Shown here: piece by piece, positions 1 to 9,222 of the stretch
How the letters are laid out: every line of letters starts with the position of its first letter
Position numbering within the stretch: position 1 is the stretch's first letter
The notes under the pieces: generated by a model
What the model was told of the DNA's origin: nothing
Databases searched by the model: none
The model's input: only the letters and a program-made list of their open reading frames with translations
Made by a program: the position numbers and the translations under genes
Assembly: GCA_964603585.1 (NCBI GenBank)
Contig: CAZRVK010000004.1
Coordinates: 438-64,437, forward strand
Length of the DNA stretch: 64,000 nt
DNA from: an uncultured Planctomycetales bacterium
GTDB taxonomy: Bacteria > Omnitrophota > Gorgyraeia > Gygaellales > Profunditerraquicolaceae
Reading direction: 5' to 3'

Positions 1-1
1 T

Positions 2-1003
2 TTGCGGGAGATCTTTAAAGAGGCAAAACTTCCGGATAACCTGGGCTTTATCGTGCGTACCGCAGCCCTGGGCAAATCCAAACAGGAGTTGATCCGTGAT
101 GCGAATTTCCTGATGAAATTATGGTCAAGGGTTGAACGGATAGTGCAAAATAGCAAAGCCCCGTCATTAGTATATGAAGAGTATGATCTTACTTTACGGG
201 CGATCCGGGACTCTTTTACCGAGGATGTTACGAAACTGATCGTGGATTCTAAGCCGGAGTTTTACCGGATCTTAAGGTTTATGAAGACATTCTTGAATTA
301 TCTTACCAAAAAAGTGGAACTTTACAAAGGGGACGACCTTTTTGAAGAAAAAGATGTGGAAAAGCAGATCAATAAGATATTTGAGAGCAGGATTTATTTT
401 AAATCCAAGGCTTATATTATTATCGAGCCGACAGAGGGGTTAGTGGTGATCGATGTTAACTCTGGAGGATTTACCAAAAGGTATAATCAGGAGGAGACCG
501 CTTTTAAGGTCAATTGTGAGGCGGCTTTAGAAGTGGCCCGGCAGCTGCGTTTAAGGGATTTGGGCGGGATAGTAGTAGTGGATTTTATCGATATGGAAAA
601 AGAAAAACACCGGCGCGAGCTTCTTAATATTTTAAAGAAGGCCTTGAGCGCTGACCGGGCAAAATATGATATTCAGGGGATATCTAAGTTCGGGTTGGTT
701 GAGATAACCAGGGAGAGGATCCACAACACCGTCCAGGCCCTTTCGTACCAGCCTTGCCCGTATTGCAAGGGCCGAGGCAGGGTAAAGTCAGGACTGACCA
801 CTTCGATCTATGCCTTTAAAGAGTTAAAGAAATTCCTTAAAGGTAAAAATGTCCATCAGGTTAATCTGACCTTGAATCCTGCCTTGATCGATGAGATATT
901 GCGGGATAAGGAAAGCCTGAACTTTATCGAGCGTAAATTCAAGACCAAGATCAACCTTATCTCAAATCCGGCTTCGCATATAGAGGACGTGGTGATATCT
1001 TAA
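2..1003 (+). CDS. rng: Ribonuclease E/G family protein, C-terminal ~333 aa (5' end outside window)
   Basis: S1/catalytic-domain motifs of RNase E/G (VIDVNSGGF, GGIVVVDFIDM). The ORF runs from the window edge with no start codon. Confidence 0.8.
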   Translation: MREIFKEAKLPDNLGFIVRTAALGKSKQELIRDANFLMKLWSRVERIVQNSKAPSLVYEEYDLTLRAIRDSFTEDVTKLIVDSKPEFYRILRFMKTFLNYLTKKVELYKGDDLFEEKDVEKQINKIFESRIYFKSKAYIIIEPTEGLVVIDVNSGGFTKRYNQEETAFKVNCEAALEVARQLRLRDLGGIVVVDFIDMEKEKHRRELLNILKKALSADRAKYDIQGISKFGLVEITRERIHNTVQALSYQPCPYCKGRGRVKSGLTTSIYAFKELKKFLKGKNVHQVNLTLNPALIDEILRDKESLNFIERKFKTKINLISNPASHIEDVVIS

Positions 1004-1023
1004 TAGGCTGACATAATTAGATT

Positions 1024-1401
1024 ATGAAGAATGCTGAACGGGGATTTACGCTTGCCGAGCTCCTTTTGGGAATAGCTATACTGGTAATCCCGGTAACCGC
1101 GATACTAAGCCTTTTTATTTCCTGCCTGACAATTTCCGAGAATAACCGTAATCTTGTTACTGCGGTATCCCATGCGCAATTTGCTATTGAGGAGTTAAAA
1201 AACACCAGTTATGCGAATATAGTTTCGGCGGCTTGGAATTCCAGTGATATCTCCAGCCGCGGGCTCAATGCTTTAAATGGCGAGACAATTGTGATTGCGG
1301 CGGGTGGTAATCCCCGTAACATACAGGTCACAGTGAACTGGCAAGATCGGGGCATGAGACCACGTAATGTAACACTAAGTACAAAGATCGCAGAGCCTTA
1401 A
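1024..1401 (+). CDS. Type IV pilin-like / pseudopilin (prepilin-type N-terminal cleavage/methylation domain), 125 aa
   Basis: N-terminus MKNAERGFTLAELLLGIAILVI carries the class III signal G|FTLxE followed by a hydrophobic helix. Size is typical of PilV/GspI-like minor pilins. Confidence 0.7.
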   Translation: MKNAERGFTLAELLLGIAILVIPVTAILSLFISCLTISENNRNLVTAVSHAQFAIEELKNTSYANIVSAAWNSSDISSRGLNALNGETIVIAAGGNPRNIQVTVNWQDRGMRPRNVTLSTKIAEP

Positions 1402-1402
1402 T

Positions 1403-1900
1403 ATGAGGAGAAAAACCACTGGATTTACTCTTGTAGAGCTTTTGGTAGCGGGTTGTCTGCTTATCATTATTATCACTTTAGTCCTGCAAACCTTGATAAT
1501 TGCCAACACGATTTTCAATACTGATCAGGCTTTATCGGATCTATTAGAAGGGTCGGTTTTTTCTATGGATGGTATGCTTAGAGAATTACGGCAAGGCTCT
1601 CCTGATACCATGACTATTTCTAATAGTGGTACCCGAATAGATTTTTTTATACCCGCCAGTACCAAGCCGATAAGTTATTATGTTTTGAATGATCAGCTTA
1701 TTCGTGAGCATCCGGTAAATACTTTTAAAGTTATAAGTAATAGTACCTCTGCGGTATTATTTTGCTGTATGGGAGGTTTAGGATGCTCGGATTGCGCAGG
1801 CGGTAATACATTGCAGATAAGCTTGGGATTAAAGAAAAATTTGCGCGGCAAGGAACTTTTCCGGACAGTAGTTGAAAAAGTGAGGCTGCGGAATGAATAA
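1403..1900 (+). CDS. Type IV pilin-like / pseudopilin, 165 aa
   Basis: N-terminus RRKTTGFTLVELLVAGCLLIIII (prepilin motif with Glu5). Separated from the upstream gene by 1 nt. Confidence 0.7.
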   Translation: MRRKTTGFTLVELLVAGCLLIIIITLVLQTLIIANTIFNTDQALSDLLEGSVFSMDGMLRELRQGSPDTMTISNSGTRIDFFIPASTKPISYYVLNDQLIREHPVNTFKVISNSTSAVLFCCMGGLGCSDCAGGNTLQISLGLKKNLRGKELFRTVVEKVRLRNE

Positions 1901-2864
1901 AAGCGGTGTGGTTTTGGTTGTGGTTTTACTTGTAGTATTGGTCATGTCCGTTTTAGGAGGGGCGATGTTCATGCGTAATCAGACACAGGTACGCATGGCA
2001 TTACGTCATGTGGATAATATTCAATCCTTCTGGCTGGCAGAAGCCGGGGTAAATCAGGCTTTAATCAACCTGCGCGGAGGGAACTTCGCAAATATCCCCG
2101 ACACTTCTTTCGGCCCTGGGGGATATTCGGTCGTGATCGGGACAGATATTTCCGGGTATCGCACGATCACCTCAACCGGTTTTGTACCGTTTTCAGGAGT
2201 GAGGAGGTCAACCCGGATAATCGAGGCAGTGATATATAAGTATAATATGACTCCGGCTAATTTCTATGATAACGCTTTGTATACCGCAGGCAATGTGTCT
2301 ATTAACGGCACTTCCTATTCTATCGACGGTAAAGTAAGTTTTGGCGGTTCGATTACCGATACCAGCAATATTTCCGGAGGAGCGACTAATGATGCCGTGA
2401 CTCCCTTGCCGCGGCTTAGTTTTGACCAGTTGAGGCAGATAAGTATCCTCCAAGGCAATTATCATGATTCGACCCAGCTTAACGGACCTTTCCCGGTGAG
2501 TTTCTGGCATAGTCCGGGTGTGCCTAACGTTATATTCCTGGAGGGTAATCTTACCATGAAAGGCAATATTTCTGCAGGCGGCTTTTTTGTGGTAGGAGGG
2601 GAAGTGGTTTATGATGCCACCATTAGCGGCAATGTTGGAATAGATGGGGCTATTTACACCCGTGGGAGATTTACGATAAACGGAGGCGGAAATGCCTTGA
2701 ATGTCGATGGCGGAGTATGGTCATCCAACACTACGTTAAACGGCGCCGTTGAGATCGAATATAATCAGGAGTATATGAATGCCATTCGTAATCTTAACAT
2801 CGATACTGATTTTCAAATCTCTTCCTGGAAAGATACGCAAAGTCTGCATCCTGTAATTCCTTAA
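1893..2864 (+). CDS. PilX_N-domain minor pilin-like protein (PilX/GspK-like), 323 aa
   Basis: N-terminal TM segment VVLVVVLLVVLVMSVLGGAMF followed by the ...SFWLAEAGVNQAL (AEAG) signature of PilX N-terminal domains. The C-terminal half is Gly/Asn-rich with short repeats (GNISAGG.., GNVGIDG.., GGGNALNVDGG) suggestive of a beta-helix. Confidence 0.6.
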   Translation: MNKSGVVLVVVLLVVLVMSVLGGAMFMRNQTQVRMALRHVDNIQSFWLAEAGVNQALINLRGGNFANIPDTSFGPGGYSVVIGTDISGYRTITSTGFVPFSGVRRSTRIIEAVIYKYNMTPANFYDNALYTAGNVSINGTSYSIDGKVSFGGSITDTSNISGGATNDAVTPLPRLSFDQLRQISILQGNYHDSTQLNGPFPVSFWHSPGVPNVIFLEGNLTMKGNISAGGFFVVGGEVVYDATISGNVGIDGAIYTRGRFTINGGGNALNVDGGVWSSNTTLNGAVEIEYNQEYMNAIRNLNIDTDFQISSWKDTQSLHPVIP

Positions 2865-2913
2865 ATTGATGTCTTTTATGTTATTGTATGCCTTGATTAT
2901 GGTAGTGTTACGT

Positions 2914-2950
2914 GGTATCCTTTAGTTAGAGAAAGGGATACGATATTTTA
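2914..2950 (+). terminator. Hairpin followed by a T-rich tract between the two pilin modules (candidate intrinsic terminator)
   Basis: gtatccttt (2915-2923), loop agttagag, aaagggatac (2932-2941), then gatatttta. Imperfect stem with a one-base bulge and only four consecutive T. Confidence 0.3.
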
Positions 2951-2967
2951 GGGGAAAACGTTCATAT

Positions 2968-3402
2968 ATGTTAAAGTCAAAGAAAGGTTTTACTCTTATT
3001 GAGGTGATGGTTACCGCTTTACTTACCACTACCGCTGTGGCGGCACTCTTAATGGTTTATATCAATGCCTTGAATTTGATCATCCAAGCCAAGGAAATGG
3101 GGATTGCTTATGATGATGCCAAAGATGTCCTCGAGAAAATGAAAAGCACCGCATTTAACGATATTCCTCGGGTTGGGAATTTTCCGGATAATACCCTGGT
3201 TCCAGCAGGCTTAGTTGGAGGATTCAGCCTGCCTAATGAACAGATCATGGTAGCTTTAAAACGGGCGGATGGAACTGATCTGAATGTGATAACATCCAAT
3301 ATCCCGGACCCGCTTTTAATCGAAGTTACAGTCTCCTGGAGAGGCAAAGACGGGCGTAATTACAGCCGTATCTTCCAGACTATACGAACGGGGGGGATAT
3401 GA
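2968..3402 (+). CDS. Type IV pilin-like / pseudopilin, 144 aa
   Basis: N-terminus MLKSKKGFTLIEVMVTALLTTTAVAAL (canonical prepilin cleavage/methylation motif). An AGGGGA RBS lies upstream. Confidence 0.7.
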   Translation: MLKSKKGFTLIEVMVTALLTTTAVAALLMVYINALNLIIQAKEMGIAYDDAKDVLEKMKSTAFNDIPRVGNFPDNTLVPAGLVGGFSLPNEQIMVALKRADGTDLNVITSNIPDPLLIEVTVSWRGKDGRNYSRIFQTIRTGGI

Positions 3403-3944
3403 AACATAGAGGGTTTACTGTTTTAGAGATAATCTTTGCCCTTACCATTGCTGTAATCATTGTGGGGATCTTGGTTGCATTCATTATGCAATCGCGTGCG
3501 ATATACCAGGCTGCGGATATTTCGGCTAGCCTTCAGGCAAACAGCCGCCAGGCGATAGAACGGATTGCCCTGGATCTAAAAAGAACAAACCGGACTAAGA
3601 TCATCATTACGCAAAACAGTCCGGTTGCAGGAACGGACATGATCCAGTATCAATTGCCTCAATATGATACTAATTCCCTGCCGGTTTCGGTGGGCTCGGC
3701 GATAAGCTGGGATGCCGCTTGCAGTATTGTTGTGAATAATATTACACAACAATTATTACAAACTCAAAACGGTAATACAAGGATCTTAGCTTCTAACGTT
3801 AATAGTGTGCAGTTCTTTGACCATGCCCGTGATGCGTCCTTGAATTTAGACGAATTAAGGGTTGATTTGAATATGCGTGGTGTCGCTACTGACGGCAGGG
3901 TTTTTAGCCTTGGTTCGACATCGAGGATAAAGATGAGGAACTAA
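3399..3944 (+). CDS. Type IV pilin-like / pseudopilin (PilW/GspJ-like), 181 aa
   Basis: N-terminus MKHRGFTVLEIIFALTIAVIIVGILVAF. Start overlaps the upstream stop (ATGA). Confidence 0.65.
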   Translation: MKHRGFTVLEIIFALTIAVIIVGILVAFIMQSRAIYQAADISASLQANSRQAIERIALDLKRTNRTKIIITQNSPVAGTDMIQYQLPQYDTNSLPVSVGSAISWDAACSIVVNNITQQLLQTQNGNTRILASNVNSVQFFDHARDASLNLDELRVDLNMRGVATDGRVFSLGSTSRIKMRN

Positions 3945-3945
3945 A

Positions 3946-5523
3946 ATGTTATTTTCGAAATTGAAAAACCATAAAGGATTTACACTGGTAATCGCTTATT
4001 CATTGATCGCGACGCTGATCATTTTAACCAGTGCGGTGATCTTTCGTGCTGTCAATGAATCTAATTTTGTCCAGCGTGATATCGCCTATACCCAGGCTTT
4101 TTATTTGGCAGAGGGCGCTCTTTCCCAGGTGGCTTATCAGCTCGGGTTCAATGTTGCAAATCATCTTTCGATCAACCCTCTTGTCGTGCCAATATATACG
4201 CCGGCTAATTTTACGATCACATATTCCTTGACCCCTATAGGTGCACCTGACCAGCCTTTTACGGAAAACGGCCTGTTCAAACATATAACCTATTATCAGC
4301 TTACGGCTACTGCTATACACCAAAGGTTTAATACCCCGGTAACATTGAATCAGCGTATCTGTCTTAAAAAGGCATATACCTTTCAGCATGCGGTGTTCTA
4401 TCAGGACGATCTCGAGCTTTTTCCCGGCAAGCCCATGACTTTTGCCGGGCCTGTTCATTGCAATAATGATATTTATGTCGGCTCAAACAATACTACCCTT
4501 ACGATAGATACAGATTATTTCCGCAGTGCCGCCAGTATATTCCATAGCCGTAAAGATACGGATGGTGGAGGGATGACTAATTCGATCGTAAGTATTCTAA
4601 AAAATGGCACCAGTGATTTCTTTGCCATGAAGATCGGAGCCGAACAAGCTTTGGATTGTGACCGCGCAGATTGGACGGATGCTTCGCAAACCCGCTGGGC
4701 AGGCACGGTCAAAAGCAGTGTACATGGGGTCAGTACTTTAGCGGTTCCGGTCGTTGGTTCAGTTTCTCCTACAGGATATTATGCGCAAAATGCTGATTTA
4801 AAGATCGTGGACGGCCGTGCCTATAATAAGAGCGGAACAGATATTACTTCTTCTTTGCCCGCTGGCACGATTGATGACCCGGCAGGACCGGCTAATACAT
4901 TTATGAATAACCGCGAGGGAAAGATTGTTACAGTAACCACGATCGACATGGCTAAATTGAACAGTTCCGGGTATTTTCCGGTAAACGGGCTTTTGTATGT
5001 TACCCGCAGTGACGCGACTTCTGCCCAGCCGAATGGGGTCAGGCTTAATAATGGCAGCCAGCTTGCCAGTAATTTAACCGTGGTTTCCAATACCCCCGTA
5101 TATATTCAGGGGGATTATAATAAGAGTGGAGCCAATAAACGGTCAACTGCGGTAATTTGTGATGCGATTACCCTTTTATCCAGTAATTGGGGGACAGGGA
5201 CCGCTCCCAATAATACCGAGGTAAATACGGCCTTTATTGCCGGGATAAAGCCTACTCCGGAGACAGGGCTTTTGACTTATAGCGGAGGGTTAGAGAATTA
5301 TACCCGGCTGTTGGAAAACTGGACCGGTAAAAGCCTGACCATAAAGGGGTCATTCGTTGAGTTATGGTTCAGCCAGATTGCTTCCGGGAATTGGAAAGGT
5401 TCCTATTATTCGGCACCTAACCGGGTTTGGAGTTATGATACCGATTTTAACGATCCGGCTAAGCTTCCGCCTTTTACTCCTTTCGCCGTAGAACTGCAAA
5501 AGATCGCCTGGTGGAAAAGTTGA
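3946..5523 (+). CDS. Large PilX_N-domain minor pilin-like protein, 525 aa (possible tip or adhesin component)
   Basis: N-terminus KGFTLVIAYSLIATLIILTSAVIF has no Glu5, as in GspK/PilX. It is followed by AFYLAEGALSQVAYQL (AEG signature). The remainder is a large Thr/Ser/Asn-rich extracellular domain. Confidence 0.6.
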   Translation: MLFSKLKNHKGFTLVIAYSLIATLIILTSAVIFRAVNESNFVQRDIAYTQAFYLAEGALSQVAYQLGFNVANHLSINPLVVPIYTPANFTITYSLTPIGAPDQPFTENGLFKHITYYQLTATAIHQRFNTPVTLNQRICLKKAYTFQHAVFYQDDLELFPGKPMTFAGPVHCNNDIYVGSNNTTLTIDTDYFRSAASIFHSRKDTDGGGMTNSIVSILKNGTSDFFAMKIGAEQALDCDRADWTDASQTRWAGTVKSSVHGVSTLAVPVVGSVSPTGYYAQNADLKIVDGRAYNKSGTDITSSLPAGTIDDPAGPANTFMNNREGKIVTVTTIDMAKLNSSGYFPVNGLLYVTRSDATSAQPNGVRLNNGSQLASNLTVVSNTPVYIQGDYNKSGANKRSTAVICDAITLLSSNWGTGTAPNNTEVNTAFIAGIKPTPETGLLTYSGGLENYTRLLENWTGKSLTIKGSFVELWFSQIASGNWKGSYYSAPNRVWSYDTDFNDPAKLPPFTPFAVELQKIAWWKS

Positions 5524-5549
5524 TTTTACCTTGACGTCTTACCTATAAT
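5520..5549 (+). promoter_or_regulatory. Candidate sigma70-type promoter for the rplU-obg operon
   Basis: TTGATT (5520-5525), an 18-nt spacer, then TATAAT (5544-5549), about 100 nt upstream of rplU. The adjacent ttgacg has only a 7-nt spacer and is not used. Confidence 0.35.
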
Positions 5550-5648
5550 GTGTTAAAATTCTTGTTCTAAATTGTGGATTGACTTTACGGCAGGCTGGGT
5601 GTTTTTTGTTCCCGCAGGTTTGTTTTTTTTACTAAAGGAGAGTGCCAA

Positions 5649-5960
5649 ATGTATGCGATCGTTGAAGTTGGAGCAAAACAGTATAATGTCAAAGTTGGTG
5701 ATAGCTTAAATGTGGAAAAGCAGGTGGGGGAGAAAGGCAAAATTATTTCCCTGGAGAAGGTGCTTTTGGTTGCAAAAGGTGATGCGGTTGAGATTGGCCG
5801 GCCATATTTGAAGTCGGCTTTGGTTAAAGCCAAGGTAGTAGGCGATTTAAAGGGTAAAAAAATTATTTCCTATAAATACCGCCGCCGTAAATCTTCCGAC
5901 TGGAAAAAAGGGCACCGTCAGCAGTTAACCCGGATTGAGATCAAGGAAATCGCTCTTTAA
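5649..5960 (+). CDS. rplU: 50S ribosomal protein L21
   Basis: MYAIVEVGAKQYNVKVGD... is the typical L21 N-terminus. Length is 103 aa and an AAAGGAGAG RBS lies upstream. Confidence 0.9.
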   Translation: MYAIVEVGAKQYNVKVGDSLNVEKQVGEKGKIISLEKVLLVAKGDAVEIGRPYLKSALVKAKVVGDLKGKKIISYKYRRRKSSDWKKGHRQQLTRIEIKEIAL

Positions 5961-6913
5961 TGTTCATTGACAGTGTCAAGATACATGTGCGCTCCGGTAA
6001 CGGGGGCCGTGGGTGTTCCAGTTTATATAAAGATAAATATACCCGCTTAGGCATTCCTGACGGCGGCGATGGCGGTAATGGCGGAGATATTGTTGTTCAG
6101 GCTGACCGCAATATCCTTACTCTATATGATTTTCAGTTCAAACGGCATTTTTACGCCAAACACGGTGAACATGGTTCCGGTAAAAACCGTAAAGGAAAGG
6201 ATGCTGAAGCGGTTGTAATACATGTTCCTATCGGTACGATAGTGATCGATGCCCAAAATAAATGTATTTTGCGTGACCTGACAACCGATCAGGAAAAGGT
6301 GATAGTGGCAAAAGGCGGCCGGGGCGGGTTAGGCAATAAGCCGTATATGGAAGCAACAAGCGGCGAAGAGACGGTTGAGAAAGAGATCCTGCTCGATCTT
6401 AAGATCATTGCTGATGCCGGTGTGATCGGATTCCCCAGCGTAGGAAAATCCACCTTGATTTCGATGATCTCTAATGCCCATCCGGAGATCGCGGCGTATC
6501 ACTTTACCACTAAATCTCCGGTTTTAGGAGTAGTGCGGGCAAAATCCAGGAATTTCATAATGGCGGATATCCCCGGCTTGATCGAAGGTTCTTCTGAAGG
6601 CAAAGGTTTGGGGGATAAATTTTTGCGCCATGTTGAGCGCACACGGGTCCTGGTGCATATAATTGATATGTCAGGCGCAGAAGGCAGGGATCCGGTCAGC
6701 GATTACCGTGCGGTGAATAAAGAGATAAAAAACTATAGCAAAGAAGTTTTTAGAAAACCACAGGTGATTGTGGCGAATAAAATGGATTTAGATGGTGCCA
6801 AAGACAATTTAATCCGGTTTAGAAAGACCGTCAGGAAAAAAATCTATCCGATATCGGCATTAAAGAAGGAAGGTTTGGAGGTTTTAGTTGAAGCTATCGC
6901 AAAAGAATTATAA
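5960..6913 (+). CDS. obg: GTPase Obg/CgtA (Obg fold plus G domain, no C-terminal TGS extension)
   Basis: Gly-rich Obg N-domain (SGNGGRGCSS, GGDGGNGGD), the G1 motif GFPSVGKST and DIPGLIEG. Its start codon overlaps the rplU stop. Confidence 0.9.
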   Translation: MFIDSVKIHVRSGNGGRGCSSLYKDKYTRLGIPDGGDGGNGGDIVVQADRNILTLYDFQFKRHFYAKHGEHGSGKNRKGKDAEAVVIHVPIGTIVIDAQNKCILRDLTTDQEKVIVAKGGRGGLGNKPYMEATSGEETVEKEILLDLKIIADAGVIGFPSVGKSTLISMISNAHPEIAAYHFTTKSPVLGVVRAKSRNFIMADIPGLIEGSSEGKGLGDKFLRHVERTRVLVHIIDMSGAEGRDPVSDYRAVNKEIKNYSKEVFRKPQVIVANKMDLDGAKDNLIRFRKTVRKKIYPISALKKEGLEVLVEAIAKEL

Positions 6914-7961
6914 ACGCGTTGTAATAAAAATAGGCTCGAGCCTTTTTTATTCGGCAAAACTGGATAGGCCGGTTTTTAATTCTATTGCCCAGCAGGTAGG
7001 CGCATTGATCCGTTCAGGGGTTGAGGTGGTGGTAGTTTCATCCGGCGCGATCGCTTTAGGAATGGGAGCTTTAGGTTTAAAAAAGCGGCCTAAGCAATTG
7101 TCTGATTTACAGGCCGCTGCAGCAGTCGGCCAGCCGCTTTTAATGAATCTTTTTCATGAGTATTTTAGATTAGGTTTGAACAGGCGTGTTTTGCCTTGCG
7201 CGCAGGTTTTGCTTACCTGGGATGATTTTAATGACCGTAAAAGGAGTTTGAATGTAAAAAACACCTTGCTTTCGCTCTTAAAATACGGGGTTGTGCCGGT
7301 GATCAATGAGAATGATACGGTTGCTATCGATGAGATAAAATTTGGCGATAATGACCGGCTTTCAGCTTTAGTTTCAAGCTTGATTAGCGCGGATCTTTTA
7401 GTCATTCTTTCCGATGTTGATGGACTGATGGGCGAGGACAAAAAGACGGTAATCCCTCTGGTAGAGTGTATCACTCCTCAAATAAAAGGTTTTGCATCTC
7501 CTACAGCAAAAAATACCTGTGTTGGAGGAATGATCACTAAGATCGAAGCCGCGCGGATTGCGGTAGATTCAGGGATACCATGCGTTATCGCTAATGGCCG
7601 GAAAAAAGATATTTTGAATTTGCTGATAAGGGATGCCGAAACATGCGGGACTTTATTTGTGCCCAAAGAGAATCTGGCTCCCAGAAAACGCTGGATCGCT
7701 TTTGCTGCCAAATGCAAGGGGCGTATCAGCGTTGATGACGGCGCAAAAACGGCTCTTTTAAACAAAAAAAGCCTGCTTTCTGTAGGGGTTGTGGGCCTGT
7801 CCGGGGATTTTAAGAACGGGGATATTGTAAGGATCGAGGATAAATGCGGGTTGGAGTTTGCTAAAGGAAAGGTAACCTTGAACAGCCAGGATTTAGATAA
7901 GGCAAAAGGCAAAAGGTATTTCCGGGAAGTAGTCCACCGGGATAACATCGTGATTTTGTGA
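6888..7961 (+). CDS. proB: Glutamate 5-kinase with C-terminal PUA domain
   Basis: Colinear similarity to ProB (VIKIGSS, VVVSSGAIA, PVINENDTV, GDNDRLSAL). The apparent start is TTG at 6888, overlapping the obg 3' end by 26 nt. No in-frame ATG is available, so the start is uncertain. Confidence 0.8.
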   Translation: MKLSQKNYKRVVIKIGSSLFYSAKLDRPVFNSIAQQVGALIRSGVEVVVVSSGAIALGMGALGLKKRPKQLSDLQAAAAVGQPLLMNLFHEYFRLGLNRRVLPCAQVLLTWDDFNDRKRSLNVKNTLLSLLKYGVVPVINENDTVAIDEIKFGDNDRLSALVSSLISADLLVILSDVDGLMGEDKKTVIPLVECITPQIKGFASPTAKNTCVGGMITKIEAARIAVDSGIPCVIANGRKKDILNLLIRDAETCGTLFVPKENLAPRKRWIAFAAKCKGRISVDDGAKTALLNKKSLLSVGVVGLSGDFKNGDIVRIEDKCGLEFAKGKVTLNSQDLDKAKGKRYFREVVHRDNIVIL

Positions 7962-7962
7962 G

Positions 7963-9222
7963 ATGAGCTTAAAAACCGAACTGATAAATACCGCTAAAAG
8001 AGCACAAATTTCCAGCCGTCAATTATCGCTTTTGCCTGCGGCAGTTAAGAATAAGATCCTGCGCCAAATGGCTGTTTGCCTTTTGCGGGAAAAGCGGATC
8101 ATTTTAGCTGCAAACAAGAAGGACATGTCTTTGGCCTTAAAGGTAAAAATGGCTCCGGCATTTATCGATCGATTAAGCCTTAATGAAAAAAGGATCCAGG
8201 AAATGGCGGATGCTTTCCTGGAGCTGGCTAAATTGCCTGATCCCGTGGGTGAAGTGATGAGAAGTATCCGCCGGCCAAACGGACTCAAGATCAATAAAGT
8301 GCGTACTCCGATCGGGGTGATCATGATTATTTATGAATCCCGGCCTAATGTTACCGCTGAATGCATAGGGTTATGCTTTAAGTCCGGTAACAGCGTGATT
8401 TTAAGGGGTGGCAGTGAGTCATTAAATACCAACCAGGCGATTTATAAAGTATTGCAGAAAACACTTAAGGCAAATGGCATTTCAGAAGGCGCGGTGAATT
8501 TAGTTACGACTGCTGACCGTTCGGCGATCGATATTCTACTGAAATTTACGGATTATATTGACCTGGTAATCCCGCGTGGCGGAGAGGGGTTGATACGAAG
8601 AGTTGCCCGAGTTTCCCGGATTCCGGTAGTCAAGCATTACAAAGGGATATGCCATGTATATGTGGATAAATCCGCGGACCTGGATATGGCCGAAAATATT
8701 TGCTTTAATGCCAAAGTCCAACGTCCCGGGGTTTGTAATGCAATGGAGTCTATGCTGGTACACAAGGATATCGCCAAAAGATTCCTTCCGAGGATGTTTG
8801 CCCGTTTTGTTTCAGCTGGGGTAGAAATGCGCGGATGCGATACGACAAGAAATATTATCAAGGGAAAGGTTAAAAAAGCTACGGAGCGTGATTACTACAG
8901 TGAATACCTGGGACTTATACTTTCGGTTAAGGTGGTTTCTGATTTAGACAGTGCGATCAGGCATATAAATCATTACGGGTCACATCATTCGGACAGTATT
9001 GTTACCAGGGATAAGTCATCCGCCGCAAAGTTCTTAAAAGGCGTGGATTCTGCCTGTGTCTATGTGAATGCATCGACCCGCTTTACCGACGGTTTTCAGT
9101 TCGGCCTGGGTGCGGAGATTGGTATTTCCACAGATAAAATCCATGCCCGGGGGCCGATGGCGCTTGAGGAACTTACAACCTATAAATATGAAGTTTATGG
9201 CTCGGGCCAGGTGCGCCGATGA
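7963..9222 (+). CDS. proA: Gamma-glutamyl phosphate reductase
   Basis: Aldehyde dehydrogenase-family ProA pattern (VIPRGGEGLI, catalytic Cys region GVCNAMES). Immediately follows proB. Confidence 0.9.
   Translation: MSLKTELINTAKRAQISSRQLSLLPAAVKNKILRQMAVCLLREKRIILAANKKDMSLALKVKMAPAFIDRLSLNEKRIQEMADAFLELAKLPDPVGEVMRSIRRPNGLKINKVRTPIGVIMIIYESRPNVTAECIGLCFKSGNSVILRGGSESLNTNQAIYKVLQKTLKANGISEGAVNLVTTADRSAIDILLKFTDYIDLVIPRGGEGLIRRVARVSRIPVVKHYKGICHVYVDKSADLDMAENICFNAKVQRPGVCNAMESMLVHKDIAKRFLPRMFARFVSAGVEMRGCDTTRNIIKGKVKKATERDYYSEYLGLILSVKVVSDLDSAIRHINHYGSHHSDSIVTRDKSSAAKFLKGVDSACVYVNASTRFTDGFQFGLGAEIGISTDKIHARGPMALEELTTYKYEVYGSGQVRR

Noticed and set aside
4024-4458. 144-aa minus-strand ORF and 61-aa plus-strand ORF inside the large PilX-like gene
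   Set aside because: Embedded in or antisense to a gene with clear pilin N-terminal features. No independent RBS or motifs.
5531-5549. ttgacg ... tataat as the rplU promoter
   Set aside because: The spacer is only 7 nt. The upstream TTGATT (5520-5525) with an 18-nt spacer is the plausible -35 instead.
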